A DNA stretch of 64,000 nt, from assembly GCF_009914755.1 (NCBI RefSeq), contig NC_060925.1; one strand, 5' to 3'. The translations under genes were made by a program, and so were the position numbers. Every line of letters starts with the position of its first letter. The first letter of the stretch is position 1. The notes under the pieces were generated by a model. That model saw only the letters and a program-made list of their open reading frames with translations. It had not been told where the DNA came from and ran no database searches. The stretch comes from the human T2T-CHM13v2.0 reference genome, Homo sapiens. Of this stretch, positions 1 to 13,350 are shown one piece after another.

Positions 1-395
1 ATTAGGTGAAGGATCTTGAGATGGGCAGATTATCCTGGATTATTCGGTGGACCTTAAAAGCCATCAAATGTATCCTTATAAGAGGGAGGCAGAGGGAGAC
101 TTGAGACACAGAGGAGAAGGTGATGTGAAGACAGGGCAGAGAGAGATTGGAAGACACTGGCCTTGCAGACTGGAGTGACAAAGCCACAAGACAAGAAGTG
201 CCACAGCCACCTGAAGCCAGAAGATGCAAGAAGCAAATTCTCCCCTCGAGCTTCTGGAAGGAGCACAGCCCTGCACACACCTTGATTTCAGCCCATTGGT
301 AGCCGATTTGGACTTCCGGCCTCCAGAACTTTGGAAGAATAAATGTGCGTTGTTTTAAGTCACTAAGTTTGCAGTAATGTGTTACAGCAGCCAAA
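1..395 (+). mobile_element. MaLR LTR, MLT1D-like (truncated by window edge)
   Basis: 'aaggatcttgagatggg..gattatcctggattat', 'ccttgatttcagccc', 'agaataaatgtgcgttgttttaag..ttacagcagc' are MLT1 hallmarks. Confidence 0.85.
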
Positions 396-999
396 AAGAC
401 CTAAGGTGAGGCTCACAGATGATGAAACCCAAGCTCAGAGAAGCTAAGTTATTTGCCCAAAGTCACATGGCTAGTCCAGCCCTGCCCTCCCCTCAATCTT
501 CTCCAGGAAGCTATTTAGAGAAAGTTGACTTTTCCAAAATGAAAACCCAAGTGGGGCTGAGGTTACTGGGGAGCAATGAGAGCTCACAGTCCCCAGACCA
601 GGTGAGGGGAATTGGGCCCCTCTCAGCATGCACGGAGCCAGCTCGGGTCCTGGCCTCTTCTCCGTCTCTTGTTCTGAGGATCCAGATCCCAGCTAATCCC
701 CTCACCTCGAACTCCAGGAGAGGACCCTTCTCAGGACTTGATTATTCCCAGCAGAGTCCCTCAAGAAACTGGGCAATGACAGCCAGGAATTATCCAAAAG
801 CTCTGGCTTGATCACTCCTGAGCCACGAAGCCTTCTTGCTAATGTCTCCCTTCAGAAAGTTCCAGGCCCCTGCCTCTTTGTTTCCTCCTTCCCTTGCTCC
901 TTTCCTTCTTGCCACTCCTGGCATCATGCAGAGAGTGAAGCCAGTATGGATATCACCTTGACAGCCGTCTTGCTAGGGGAAGCTAAGACAAGAACAGTG

Positions 1000-1220
1000 C
1001 TACGATGAACTGAGCGCAACATGCCCCAGGCACATGCTAGGTACTCTCACATGGCACACCTCAACAGGCTGAACAGCCAGGCAAGATAAGTGGTACCCAT
1101 CTTGCTGTTGGGGAAACTGTGGCTTAAAGAGACCAAGAGCTCAGTTACCCAGCTAGGAAGTGGCCAAGTTGGGATTCAACCAGGTTTGCCTGACTGCAGA
1201 TCTAGTGCTTTTCCCACCCA
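1000..1220 (-). mobile_element. MIR SINE (degenerate)
   Basis: 'gggaaactgtggcttaaagag..cagctaggaagtggc..ggattcaacc' matches the MIR core in reverse. Confidence 0.65.
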
Positions 1221-1384
1221 CCCCATGATCTCCAGTCCCAGCCCAGGAGAAACTGCTTCTCCCTTAATAGAGAAGACACCCAGGGGTCCTGCTTTCTCAG
1301 CCTGTCTCCACCAAGTCTTCTGCCCTGAGTTTCCATTTATCCATCCAAAAAATGAAGCAACCACCCAACCTAGCCCAAGCCCAC

Positions 1385-1620
1385 TCAAGGCAAACTCATG
1401 CAAATCAAATGCAATAATAGACGAGGAGCTGTTTTGAAAGTAAAAGTTTCGTGCCTGGGATTATTATTGTAAATACTGTATACTCAACTCTTGATTTCCC
1501 ACACTAATGGGAGGGAGCAGTGGCGCAGATAATTAAAAATGTGTTTATATTTGGCTCTGGAATGTGTTTTTGTTGTCATATTTGGAGATGGGTGGGTCTG
1601 ATGTTCTGGGAATTCAGTGT
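1385..1620. promoter_or_regulatory. Repeat-free AT-rich candidate conserved non-coding element
   Basis: Octamer ATGCAAAT at 1398-1405, TAATTA, forkhead-like TGTTTAT; no repeat recognised; function inferred. Confidence 0.35.
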
Positions 1621-1689
1621 GACTTCATAATCCTTCTGAAAAAAAAAAAGAAAAAAAGAATAACAAATGCTTGTCTTGAGAGCAACCAG

Positions 1690-1868
1690 AAAGTCACTCC
1701 ATGCTGAGTCTCAGCTGGTATCCCTGTCTCTGCTAAGAATGGCAGTGTCACCTCCAAGGTAGATGCAAACGCACCCAGCCTGGCAGAGCTTTGAAATAAA
1801 TGACTATTGTTGCTTTAAACCACTGGATTTTCAGATGGTGTGTTATGCAGCAGTAGTTAACTAATACA
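1690..1868 (+). mobile_element. MLT1 LTR 3' fragment
   Basis: 'aaataaatgactattgttgctttaaaccact..gttatgcagcagtagttaactaataca' is an MLT1 terminus. Confidence 0.65.
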
Positions 1869-2174
1869 CCCCCAATTCCACATTCCTAGGAGGTCTGTGT
1901 CCTCTCCAAGATTTCTATGAATTCCTGGTCACGTTGGAGTCCAACTTCTTTTAATCCTTCCATCTGTCCCCCCGCCCCTCCTTTCCTCCCACATTGTTCC
2001 TTTCCCAGACCCTAAACCCATCTCTTACCCCTGATATTTCCCAAATAACTTACAAGGTTTTGGTGAGTGTAACAGACTACTGAGAATCTGGAGGCGATGG
2101 AGGAGTTTTCCTATCACAGAATCTCAGACAACTTACAGCTGGATGCTAAAAATCTCTGTTCTTAAAAAATATTT

Positions 2175-2532
<358 letters not shown>

Positions 2533-2814
2533 TTAGCTTTGGTCTCCTGCCAGTTTGCCTCCTCTCTCCCTCTATTTGTTTCTCTTCTCTTTTCTGTTCT
2601 TCCACACCTCCAATTTCCCATGCATATCATCGGCTAGCAGTTTAGCTATCTGCCATTTCCAGACACTTCATGCTCTCTGAGTCTTATCTTCCACTCCCAG
2701 AAGATTGTCAAAGTATTTTCCAAAACAAAGATAGTTTCCCCTAAGGGGATTCTGATGCCAGATATTCAACTAATAGTTGCAGTTTTTAATCCTGCTGCAT
2801 AAGTGAGGGAGGAT

Positions 2815-3262
2815 ACTTCCAGTTGTCCATTGAATATTCATTCTTTTCTTCCTTCTTATCTTTGGTTTGCTCCTTTTATTCAGGGGAGTTAATTTTCCCG
2901 CCTCCTTTGCAGACCAGAGTGAACATGAGACATGGTTATGGTCCTTGAGGTGTAAAGAGAAGTCTGCTGGGGATTGATGAGAATGTTCAACTTTCCCTGA
3001 GACAGGTGCCACCCCGTACTCTTGCTTCTTTCTGACTAGGACACAGACCCAATGTCTGGCAGTGCAGCAGCCATCTTGCCACCATGAAGACAAAAGCCAC
3101 ATGGCCAGGATGGCAGAGCAAAAAGACAGAACGGGTCTGTACTCTTGACTTCCTTCAGCTGCACCTGGACTGCTTAATTCTGGACTCCACGTTGAGGGCA
3201 AAAATAAACTCCAGTTTGTTGGGATTTCGTCTCTTGCATCTGAATGCAATCCTATGCGATCC
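2815..3262 (+). mobile_element. Old MaLR LTR (MLT1J/K-like)
   Basis: 'gcagcagccatcttgccaccatgaag..aggatggcagagc..aaaataaactcc'. Confidence 0.65.
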
Positions 3263-3689
3263 TCCCTGATTCAGTAAGTGATTATATTGTGATTTCAAAA
3301 ACCCTTTCACTGCTGCTGCTTCAGGTAAATGGATGATGCTGTCAACCACTGACTATACGTTAAACAAAGTTGCTAATGATGTCAATTAACAGTGTTCAAG
3401 TAATATCACCTGCAACAATTGAGTGTTGTCTCTAAGTGGAAAAGAACAGCTGGGAAGCCCACGCTCATCTCAGAATAGCGCTAGCCTGAGCCCTCCTGAG
3501 GGCAGAGATGGCGCCCTTGTTTGTTCAGTCTCCCTGTGACATGCCAGGCACCGAGGGGACTCAGAGCTTATGAGTGGAAGGGGAGTGAGCCACAGAGAGG
3601 ACTCGGAGCTTCCTGAGCATCTTTTTGGTTTGGGGTGGCCCTGAGGAGGTGGATTTCTTTGGATGCTTGGCAGACAGGCAAAACCCATG

Positions 3690-3930
3690 GGAAGCAGCTT
3701 GGCAGGACTTTAGACCTCACACCTGGCTATTATCCCAGCTTAGCCATCTGAGTAGGCAAATAACCTTGGGTGGGGACAATATTTACTCTACAAGCCTCAG
3801 CCTTCTCGACTGTAAACTGACGACATTAATCACACCGTCTTACACAGTCATGAACATTACCTGAGATGACCCGTGCAGAGCGTTTACTACCTGCTCACAG
3901 TAAGTGCTCAGTAAATGCCCGCGTTACTAC
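3690..3930 (+). mobile_element. MIR SINE
   Basis: 'agcctcagccttctcgactgtaaa..acagtaagtgctcagtaaatg'. Confidence 0.6.
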
Positions 3931-5822
3931 CATTACCTGCAAGGAGGTCATTTCAGTGCTGGATTCGGTAAGGAGACATAGACTAAATGGGTGACAGTCA
4001 CTCAGCAGAGGAGGCCCCATCTGGGCTCTGCAGGGAAGTCAGCAAGCAGCAGGCGTAGGGCTGGGTGGCTCCCTACTTGCAGCAAGAGCAACTTGCTGGC
4101 TCTCAGGTGCTCCTGTCCCCTGCTCAGACCCTCCTCATCACCCCGATGTGCCAGGATTCATCTATCTGTCCACCTTTCTCACCAGCCTGGGAGTCACTCT
4201 CTGTACCTGCAGGGTCCAGCACATAGTAGGTGACAATGAATGTTTATTGAAGGAGGAAGGTACAGCCAGCCAGAGGTGCTGGATCTGGAAGTGACTTGGG
4301 CCAATCTGAGCTGCCTTCAGGCTCCCTAAAAAGAGGACCTAATTCTAGGGGACTCTGCAAGCTGCTGAGGTCTTCTGCGAGAGGGGAAAGGGATCATAGC
4401 AGTGGGGGACAGAGGCAGAGAGACTCAGGATGGGACAGCAACCAGCCCCAGCCATGTAGCTGGGTTCTCAGCCAGAGAAGACTGAGATCAACAGCAGGAC
4501 AGGCTCCGAACAGGAAAGTGAGCATCTGATTCTCCCCAGGAGTAGGGAGAGAGCATGAGATTTGGTGCCTGGAAACTGGGCCTGCCTCTGGCATCCCCTT
4601 GCTGTGGAGTTGGGGCAGCACAGTCCCTCTCCAGGCCTCAGTTTCTCTGTCTATAGAATGAACAATTAAGTGGGGTGACCTATGAAGTGGTCATCCAGCT
4701 CTGACCCCCTGGGATCTAGGAATGGGCTGCTCTTCAGGGGCTGAACAGAGGCTCTTGCCAGAGTTCTTAGCCCCAGGCCCATCACATGCTGCACCGAGGG
4801 CCCCTAAGGGCCACTCTGACCTTATTAGGCACCTGCTCACCAACCCCCCCAGGACTCCATCCCAAGAAGATATCAGAAATGAAGGGAGAAAACACTAATA
4901 AATACAGTACCTGGAACTTCCTGCCCTAAGAAACTATGGATCTAGAGGGGCCTTCACTCCCTCCCTCATTCATTCAGTCAGTCAGACAGGCAATAACTCA
5001 TCAGACCTCAAGTGGGTCCTTTTGGTTCCAGGCCCTATGCTGGGCACTGGAGATGGTGCCACGAGGAAGATCCTGCAGAAGCACACAGTCTAAAGTGAAA
5101 ACAGACTGCGGGACCGACAATTGGGATCTGGAGCGGTAGGGGTTGCAATTGGCGGCAGGAGGCAGGGTCTAGTGACACGGAATGAGAGGAGATGCACCGG
5201 CCAAGCCAGAGCCTTCAGCTCAAAAGCATCCTGGGAAGCCCCTCAGTCCCACGTAAACAGGGACAGCTGATCACCCTCTTTGGAGGGGGTGCTCCACACC
5301 TCCAAGCTTGTAATGGAGGAGATGATGGGGCAGAGGAGGACCCTTTGAGAGAGGGAAACTCACAAGGGGCGGTGGAGAGAAGGCAGATGGGGTCATTTCT
5401 TCCCTCCACCTCCTGGGCTCTGCCTCTAGGTGAGGTCTCCCTGTGCCCTGACCAGGTCTGTGAGCTCCACCTTCTGCATCTTGAGGGCAAGCAGAAGGCC
5501 CTATAGCGGGCAGCGAGTGATAGCAGAGTTTTCCAGCATCTTTCCCCATCCACTGAAAGCCCAGTGGGCACAGAGTGCGTGCTGGCTCCCCCATCCACCG
5601 CTGCCTTTCCTGGTATCAGTCCCCAGGGCCAGCCGTGGTCTCTGGACCCAGAACCCCACTGGTCACTGCCCAGGCTGGGAACAGCAGCCCTGGTGGGGGC
5701 TGCTCCTCACTGGTGCCAAGCCCTGCTTCACAACCCCAGATCCTTTGCCTTGGGGGAAAGCAGTCTACATTGGCCCCCACTCCAGCCGGGCTCCTGCTGC
5801 ACTTTGATATATTGGCCTAATA

Positions 5823-5831
5823 TTCCCGGAA
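5823..5831. promoter_or_regulatory. Perfect STAT GAS motif TTCCCGGAA
   Basis: Exact TTCCNGGAA match retaining a CpG in non-repeat sequence; function untested. Confidence 0.25.
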
Positions 5832-6639
5832 TTATTTTTTGCTCGGTGTTCTTTTTTTAAAACAGCCCCTGGGAGGCCCCATGACTTTGCTCTGAGCATG
5901 TGGTGCTACTGTCATCAAGTCACCCCTGAAGAATCCCGCACAGCCACGATGACACCCGAGCCAGGGCCCAGGAGGATGCAGAGACAGGCACCCAGCAGCT
6001 GAGAAGGTGCTGGGCTGGCGACCTTGGAAGTTTCACCCATCCAGGGAGCTGGGAGCGCATTAGCACGTTCATCTGCACCCTGTTCCCAGAGTGGCCACAG
6101 CTTTCACACCTGGCTCAGCTGAGGAGGCAGCGGGAGACCTCCCTGCTGAGGGGCCCAGCTGTACTCACCCTCCTCTTGACTTGATTTCCCTCTTCCTGTT
6201 TCCAGGGTCTCTGGTTTTTGAAATTCTCCGTATGTCCTTTTTACCCCTCTCCCTTCTCTGCTCCAGAGAGCTCAGGGAAGCACTGGACCCAGAATTAGTG
6301 GGAATGGGGTCCATACTCAGTGCCCTGCAGCTGTGAGCAGGTCCCCAGGCTTTCAGCATTTCACTTTGTTCTTCTTTAAAATGAGGTTGCAATTTTCTGC
6401 CTTGCTCATTTCTTAGGCATTAAATATTTAATGAGCAGCTACTATGTGCTAGGCACTGTGCCATGCTCCCTTGCCATAATGCTATTGTAAAACTTAAATA
6501 ATAATAGCAGCAACAACAACAACCAACCTATGATGTGCCAGACCCCTTGCTAAACAAGCATTTCCCCTCCTTCTCTTTCTCCTTCACCTTCCTTGTCACC
6601 TTCCTCATCACCATTCTCATCACCAACCTAGCCCACATG

Positions 6640-6890
6640 TACCAGGTGTGTGCCATGTACACTGCTCTAAGTTAATTATGGATATTAACCCTTTTAATCC
6701 ATGTAACAATGCTGTGAAGGATATACTGCCAGGATCCTTATATTGCCGATGAGAAAGCTCATTCTCAAAGAGGTAATATGAGCCACCCAAGGTCACACGG
6801 TTTCTTAGTAGCGAGGCAGGAATTTGAATCCAGGTCTGTCTGACTCCCAAATCCATGCTCTTAACCACTACATTCAACTGCTTCCAACAT
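6640..6890 (-). mobile_element. MIR SINE
   Basis: 'cccaaggtcacacgg..ggaatttgaatccaggtctgtctgactcc..gctcttaaccactac'. Confidence 0.85.
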
Positions 6891-7009
6891 AAAATAATGT
6901 ATGTGAAGGTGCATGGAGCATTATGCTAAGGTGAATGTCACAATTCCCAGTCAAGGCAGCAGCAATGCCAGGAGACTGGGACATGCATCTGCCTCCCTCA
7001 CAGCACTCA

Positions 7010-7225
7010 GAGTGGTGTCTTGAGGTCATTCAGACCCAGATTCAACGCTGACTCTGCTGCTAATCTGCTGCATTGGCTGGGAAAGTTCCTTCACCTCCTG
7101 GAGCCTCAATTTTCCCACCTGAAAAATGGGGTTAATGATACCAACTTCTCCATGTTGCTGTAAAGGTGGCATGAAGTAGAAATCTGTTTATGAGCCTAGC
7201 ACACTGGCTGGTGCACAGACTCTCG
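7010..7225 (+). mobile_element. MIR SINE
   Basis: 'gagcctcaattttcccacctgaaaaatggggttaatgatacc'. Confidence 0.7.
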
Positions 7226-7501
7226 ATGAGAGGGGCTCCTTTCCCATCCTTTTCACAATCCAGGTCCCTTTGCCTCAAGGTAGGACCACTGTGTGGTGTC
7301 ATTTACACCCCAGCATTCCCTGTGGGATCAGGCTGAGGCTGGGTTTTACCTGAAACCACAAGCTTGCTGGCATCTTGCCCTGCCTGTGCTGCTTTCTTTG
7401 CTCCCTTACGGTAAGAGCCCTCCTTCAGTAAGTCACGTGCCCCAAAGCCCTGTATCCAGAACCCTGACCTAAGACAAGCTGCACAGGAAGAAGGCATTTC
7501 A

Positions 7502-7869
<368 letters not shown>

Positions 7870-7870
<1 letters not shown>

Positions 7871-7888
7871 GAAGGAAGGAAGGAAGGA

Positions 7889-7951
<63 letters not shown>

Positions 7952-8137
7952 GAAGGAAGGAAGGAAGGAAGGAAGGAAGGAAGGAAGGAAGGAAGGAAGG
8001 AAGGGGAAGGGAAGGGAAGGGAGGAAGGAAGGAAGGGAGGAAGGAAGGGGAAGGAAGGAAGGAAGAAGGGAGGGAGGGAGGGAAGGAAGGAAGGAAGGAA
8101 GGAAGGAAGGAAGGAAGGAAGGAAGGAAGGAAGGAAA
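7870..8137 (+). repeat. Compound (GAAA)n/(GGAA)n microsatellite
   Basis: (GAAA)16 at 7887-7950, (GGAA)13 at 7951-8002, (GGAA)14 at 8081-8136. Confidence 0.97.
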
Positions 8138-8799
8138 GGCTTGAGGAGCCCAGACCAGGACTCTGGGATGGGAGGCAGGAAAACTACAAGAGACTGTGGG
8201 TAGTCAGCCTGTCAGTTCCCCTGTGGGGCACCTGCCAATTCCCATCCCTGGGCTGCCAAGGGGTGGGCAGACATGCTGGCTCAGCTGACCCCACCCACTA
8301 GCGGAGAAAATGGTCACACTGTGGAGCATCCCTGCAGGAGATGCCTCGGCCCTGGGGGCCTGGCAGGAGGCCCCAAGCTGGTGAGAGAGGCCTCCTCCAA
8401 AAGAAAGGGTGGACAAGTAGTGAAGATGGCATCCCATGTGTGACAGCTGGGTTGAGGCCACCCAACACTTCCCTACCTGGTCACACTCCATGCTGCAATG
8501 TTGGTTAAGGTACCTGACCCTTCTCCACTCCCTGCCACAGAGCTTGGGGGAGCACTGGAACCAGAGCCAGTGGGAGTGGGGTCCACACCAGGCCCTGTAT
8601 TCTGTGCCATGCAGAGGCACAGCCTTTCAACATCTGGAGTTGCTCCTCTTCCCTCTCTTTATTTGTTCATTGAACAATATTTTTCCAGCACCGACCATGT
8701 GCCAGGCTCTATACTAAGTCTTCACACCCAGATGCAGGAAGCAAGTAACAGTAATGACAGTGATGATGAGAGCCAGCCTCCTCCACATGACAGCATGAA

Positions 8800-8990
8800 T
8801 GGTGGTCAAGATCCAGGCCTGCGTGTGAGTCCCCCTGCTACTTCCCCAACTGTGTGATCTTTGGCACATTGCTTCACCTCCCCGTGCCTCAATTTCCTCC
8901 TTGTAAAATGGAACAGATAGATTGTATCTGATGGAGAAGAAACGGGATCACCCAGCCCAGGCTTTCAGCACAGCGCCTGGTCCATGGGGG
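8800..8990 (+). mobile_element. MIR SINE
   Basis: 'ctgtgtgatctttggcac..gtgcctcaatttcctccttgtaaaatgg'. Confidence 0.75.
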
Positions 8991-9559
8991 GCTCTCAGTA
9001 CATGGAGGCCATTGCTCTTACAGTTCCACAAAGCAGGGTCTTCAGACAGAGCTCGAAGAAGGAAGAAGGGATCTGGAGTGACTCCCCCTCTTGCTCTTTT
9101 CCATCCTCCCTGTTGTGGCCCTAACTCAGGCCTCATCATCCCTTACAAGGAATGTCCCCCCAGCCTCCCTGCCTCTGGCCTCATCCCATCCAATTTGTCT
9201 GCAACACGGCCACCAGGTTGATCAACCCCAAATTGCAGGTTGCCTTGGGATCACATCACTCCCTGGGCCTCCTCCTACATGCATGATAAAGACCACACTG
9301 CTCAGTGGGACCTCAAGATCCTCAAGGGCTGAGGCCAGCATCAGTGCTACCTCCTGCTGCCTCTCACCTCCCACCAGCCTTTCCCACGCCTGCCACCTAA
9401 GGTCTACTTCATTGCCTAGGGCCTCTGGAAAGAAGACACCCAGTGGTTATCTGAGCGGGCTACAGGCCAGCTCACATGGGCATGGAGGCCCATTCCTTGG
9501 GTTTCTGAGACCTGGAGAAATTGGGGTTACAGCAGGATAAGGGGCTTCATATGGAAAGG

Positions 9560-9888
9560 GGCAGCTCTGGAGGCTCCAGGGGAGAATCCTTCCTGGCCTC
9601 TTCCAGCTTCTGGTGGTGGCCGGCAGCCTTGTCATTGCTTGGCTTGTAGCTGCATCACTCCAATCCCTACCTCTGTCGTCACCCAGCCTTCCCTGTGTCT
9701 CCGTGCCTGCGTCTTCAGTCGGCGTTCTCATAAAGACACCAGTCATTGGATTTATGACCCCCCCCCCCAATCCAGCATGATTCAGTATTAACTTGATAAC
9801 ATCTGCAAAGACACTATTTCCAAATAAGGTCACATTTGAAGTTCCAGGTTCACAAGGATTTGGGGGAGACACTATTCAGCCACATACA
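9560..9888 (-). mobile_element. MaLR LTR, MLT1C-like
   Basis: 'ggggagaatccttcctggcctcttccagcttctggtgg..catctgcaaagacactatttccaaataaggtcaca..cactattcagccacataca'. Confidence 0.85.
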
Positions 9889-10529
9889 ATGGTGTTATTC
9901 CCCCATTTTCTAGAAGAGGAAACTGAGACACAGAAAATGACTTGCTCGAGATCATGTGGCTTCGTAAGTGGCAGGTCCAGGATCTGTGCTCCTGTCTGCC
10001 TGACATCAAGACCTGCCCGACCCACCCCACCACCCTAGAACTCCAAGGACCTCAGTCATCACTGTCACTTACTGATGTGCCATTTGACATCCATTCTTCC
10101 ATTTAACCCTCAAAACAGTCTTCTGGGACTGGAGACATGATGCTTGTTTCATAGACAGCAGCTTAGAAAGGCTAAGTGGCTTGCCCAAGACCATACAGCA
10201 AATTAGGGAAAGAGCCAGGATTAGAACTGAAGTCAACCTGACTTCAGAATCAAGGGCTTACCCACTACGACCTTGAAACACTTCCATTTATCTCTTTGCT
10301 TTGTGACCATTTAAATCTGGAGGAATCACATATTGCCATCCCTGCAATTCAAAGGCTGTTTTCCAGAGTCAGAGATCCTCCCCACCTAATCCATGTTGAA
10401 GGGGCTCTCCCATCCCTAGGAGCCTGGGAGGGGGATGGGGAGCGGAGAAGCCACCTCCCCCATCCACATTTACACACACACTCACACATCCGCACTCACA
10501 CACTCACACTCCTCTGCCAACCAGCCATC

Positions 10530-10960
10530 TCCCAGAGCCAATTAACAAGGCTGGGTGGTCTCAAGGGAGCCCCACGGGGTGATAGACTTATTGATCCGCT
10601 AGAGTTGTGGAGTGTCAGGCCGGAGAGAGGAGTCATTTAGGCAGTGTTCTCTCTTTCTGAGTGCAGCAGGGACTCCGGGGGTGGAGAGTAAGTTGTATTT
10701 ACTGTGACGGTAATTGAAAGGCAGCAGCAGCCACCCCACATTGTCCCCGGCAATACCTAATTGGTGGACCAAAAACTGCAGGAGAGCTGAGGCTGGGGCT
10801 GGGGGTGGGGAGAGGGAGAAAGAAAGTTAACATAGCCCAGAATCAATAGCAAAAGCTTTCACAGTGTCAGGCACAATTGATGGAGCTGAACGACTGGAAG
10901 CTGCAGAAAATTAGCCTTGAGGCTGACTTGGTTTGAAAGTTAAAAGCTGGTAAATGCAGA
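10530..10960. promoter_or_regulatory. Candidate conserved non-coding element (homeobox-motif rich)
   Basis: Repeat-free; CCAATTAA, GTAATTG, CTAATTGG, CAATTG and TGTCA motifs. Confidence 0.4.
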
Positions 10961-11328
10961 GACAGACGGGAGTTCCCGGCCACCCCTTCTGTTGTCATTT
11001 TTCTGGTGGCAACTGGAGGCCTGGTGCCAGCTCAGGGTGCACAGGCCTGGGGGAGGATGCATCAGACGGACTCTAATTTGGCCACCTGGTAAAGGACGCA
11101 AGACATGGAAAGGCTGCGGTCACCCATGACCTTGGCCCAATCGTGTCAGCTCACAGAGCTTTAGTTTGCTCATCTGCAGAGTGTGCACCTAGTATGGGAG
11201 TGCAGTGTCGTATGGTGGAAAGAACATGAAAAGACCAGGGTTTGAACCCCAGGTGTGCCATGTCCTCATGGTGGGACACTGAATAGGTGACTTAACCCCA
11301 CTAGAAAAGGAGAATTGTGATACCTGGC

Positions 11329-11838
11329 TGTGGTAGGCTGAGAATGGACCCCTAAAAGATATTCACGTCTCAATGCCTGGAACTTGTGAGTGCTACCTTA
11401 TAGGGCAAAATAAAAATGATTCTTTGCAGATGTGACTCAGTTAAGGATATTGAGATGGGCAGATTATCCTGGAGCATCTGGGAGGACCTTAAATGCAATC
11501 ACCACTGTCCCTTATAAGAGAGTGGCAGAGAGATATTTTACAAAGACACACAGAGGAGGAGGTGACATGAAGATGGAGCAGAGGGTGATCTGAAGATGCT
11601 GTCCTTGAAGACTGGAGTGATGCAGCCACAAGCCAAGGAATACTGGCAGCCTCCAACACTGGAAGAGATTCTCCCCTAGAGCCCCTGGAGGAAGAACAGC
11701 CCAGCTGACACCTTGCTTTCTGCCCAGTGATCCTGATTTTGAACTTCCGGCCTCGGTAACTGTGAGAGAATAAATGCCTATTGTTAAAGATGCCACTTTG
11801 TGGTCACTTGTTATAGCAGCCTCAGGAAACTAATGCAC
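11329..11838 (+). mobile_element. MLT1D solo LTR (near full length, inserted in a MIR)
   Basis: Starts 'tgtggtaggctgagaatgg', ends 'ggaaactaatgca'; homologous to the element at 1-395. Confidence 0.9.
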
Positions 11839-12044
11839 CAGCTTTGCAGAGCTGGGAAGATGAGAAACGTGTATTAAAACAGCTGGCACATGGCAAAATT
11901 CAAAGCCGAGACGTCACAACTCTCAAGCAATCAGTAGCTGTCAAGCTAGAGCCCAGGGCCCCGTTTTAAGGCCAGGTCTTCAGTTTCTACATGAAGCATC
12001 TGAAATTTCTCCAACAAGATTAATTGAGAAAATTATTATAATCT

Positions 12045-12321
<277 letters not shown>

Positions 12322-12334
12322 GAGAAAATTACAT

Positions 12335-12468
12335 ATTGTCTGTTTTCTTTTGCTAGAATGCAAGCCCCAAGAGGACACGTTTCTTTATTTTGTTCACCCA
12401 TATACTCAAATGCCTAGGACAGTGCCTGGCACTTAGCAAATGTTCAATAAACACTTGCTGAATGATAA
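12335..12468 (+). mobile_element. L2 3' end
   Basis: 'cagtgcctggcacttagcaaatgttcaataaacacttgctgaatga'. Confidence 0.8.
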
Positions 12469-13199
12469 TAATAGAACAGCAACCAGAAAAATACTCACCT
12501 AATACAAACAGATGTTCACAGGATGGCAGCTGTAGTGATATTAACAAAAGGCTTTGTCTTTCCTCTCTGGGCCTCAGTTTCCTGATTTGGGGAATGATGT
12601 TGCTTAGAATAGCATAGCTCTGGAGGATTGGCCATGTGGGGAACACTCAGTGAGGGAAAGAAGAGTGCTTTGAAAATTATAAAATTCTGTCCAGAGTCCT
12701 TACTCAGCCTTCCTGCCCTCTCATGAGACTCCAAGCACTTACAGCCCACTAAACCCCCTGAGACCCTGACAGTGTCCTTTGATTGCCTTTGGGAGTCAAG
12801 AATTCCCTATAATTATGTACAAAATTTTCTGTAAATATACACTCCTACACTTCCCTTGTTAAATGTTCAATTTTTAGATTCTCAAAGAGGGCCTGTGACC
12901 TTTAAAAAATCTGTAACCCCTGGAACAATCTATCTCCTCCATCTCCAGCTATGGGGAGCCCCAGAGGCCAGCTAGGAGAGCAGCCTCCAGATTCACATTA
13001 TCACTGGCTGTGCCCCAAGGCAAGACCCTCTGGGGGACGTGGCAGAAATATCTTGCCTCTGTGAGCAGAGGGCGAGAGGCCAAGAAAACGAAGCAGTGAG
13101 GCTTGGGGAAGCAGTGAGGAATGAGGGGCACCAGAGGTCAAGGGAGAAGCCTCAGGCATGCTGCAGATGACCTACACCTCCTCCCAAATGAGCGCTGAC

Positions 13200-13350
13200 G
13201 ATGTACATCTCACCTCAATTCTGCAGTAGCTTGAAGGTAGCCATAGTGGGAATATTTACACCACGGAAATTGGCAAATGCTACAAATCAGTTTACCTTCT
13301 TTATTTTTCCTGGAAAACTGGCTGTTAAACATTTTACCATCACATCACTG
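13200..13350 (+). mobile_element. MER63-like hAT MITE
   Basis: 'gggaatatttacaccacggaaattggcaaatgctacaaatcag..tgttaaacattttaccatcacatcactg'. Confidence 0.75.

Noticed and set aside
3500-3518. CTCF-like AGATGGCGC
   Set aside because: The 5' half of the motif does not match.
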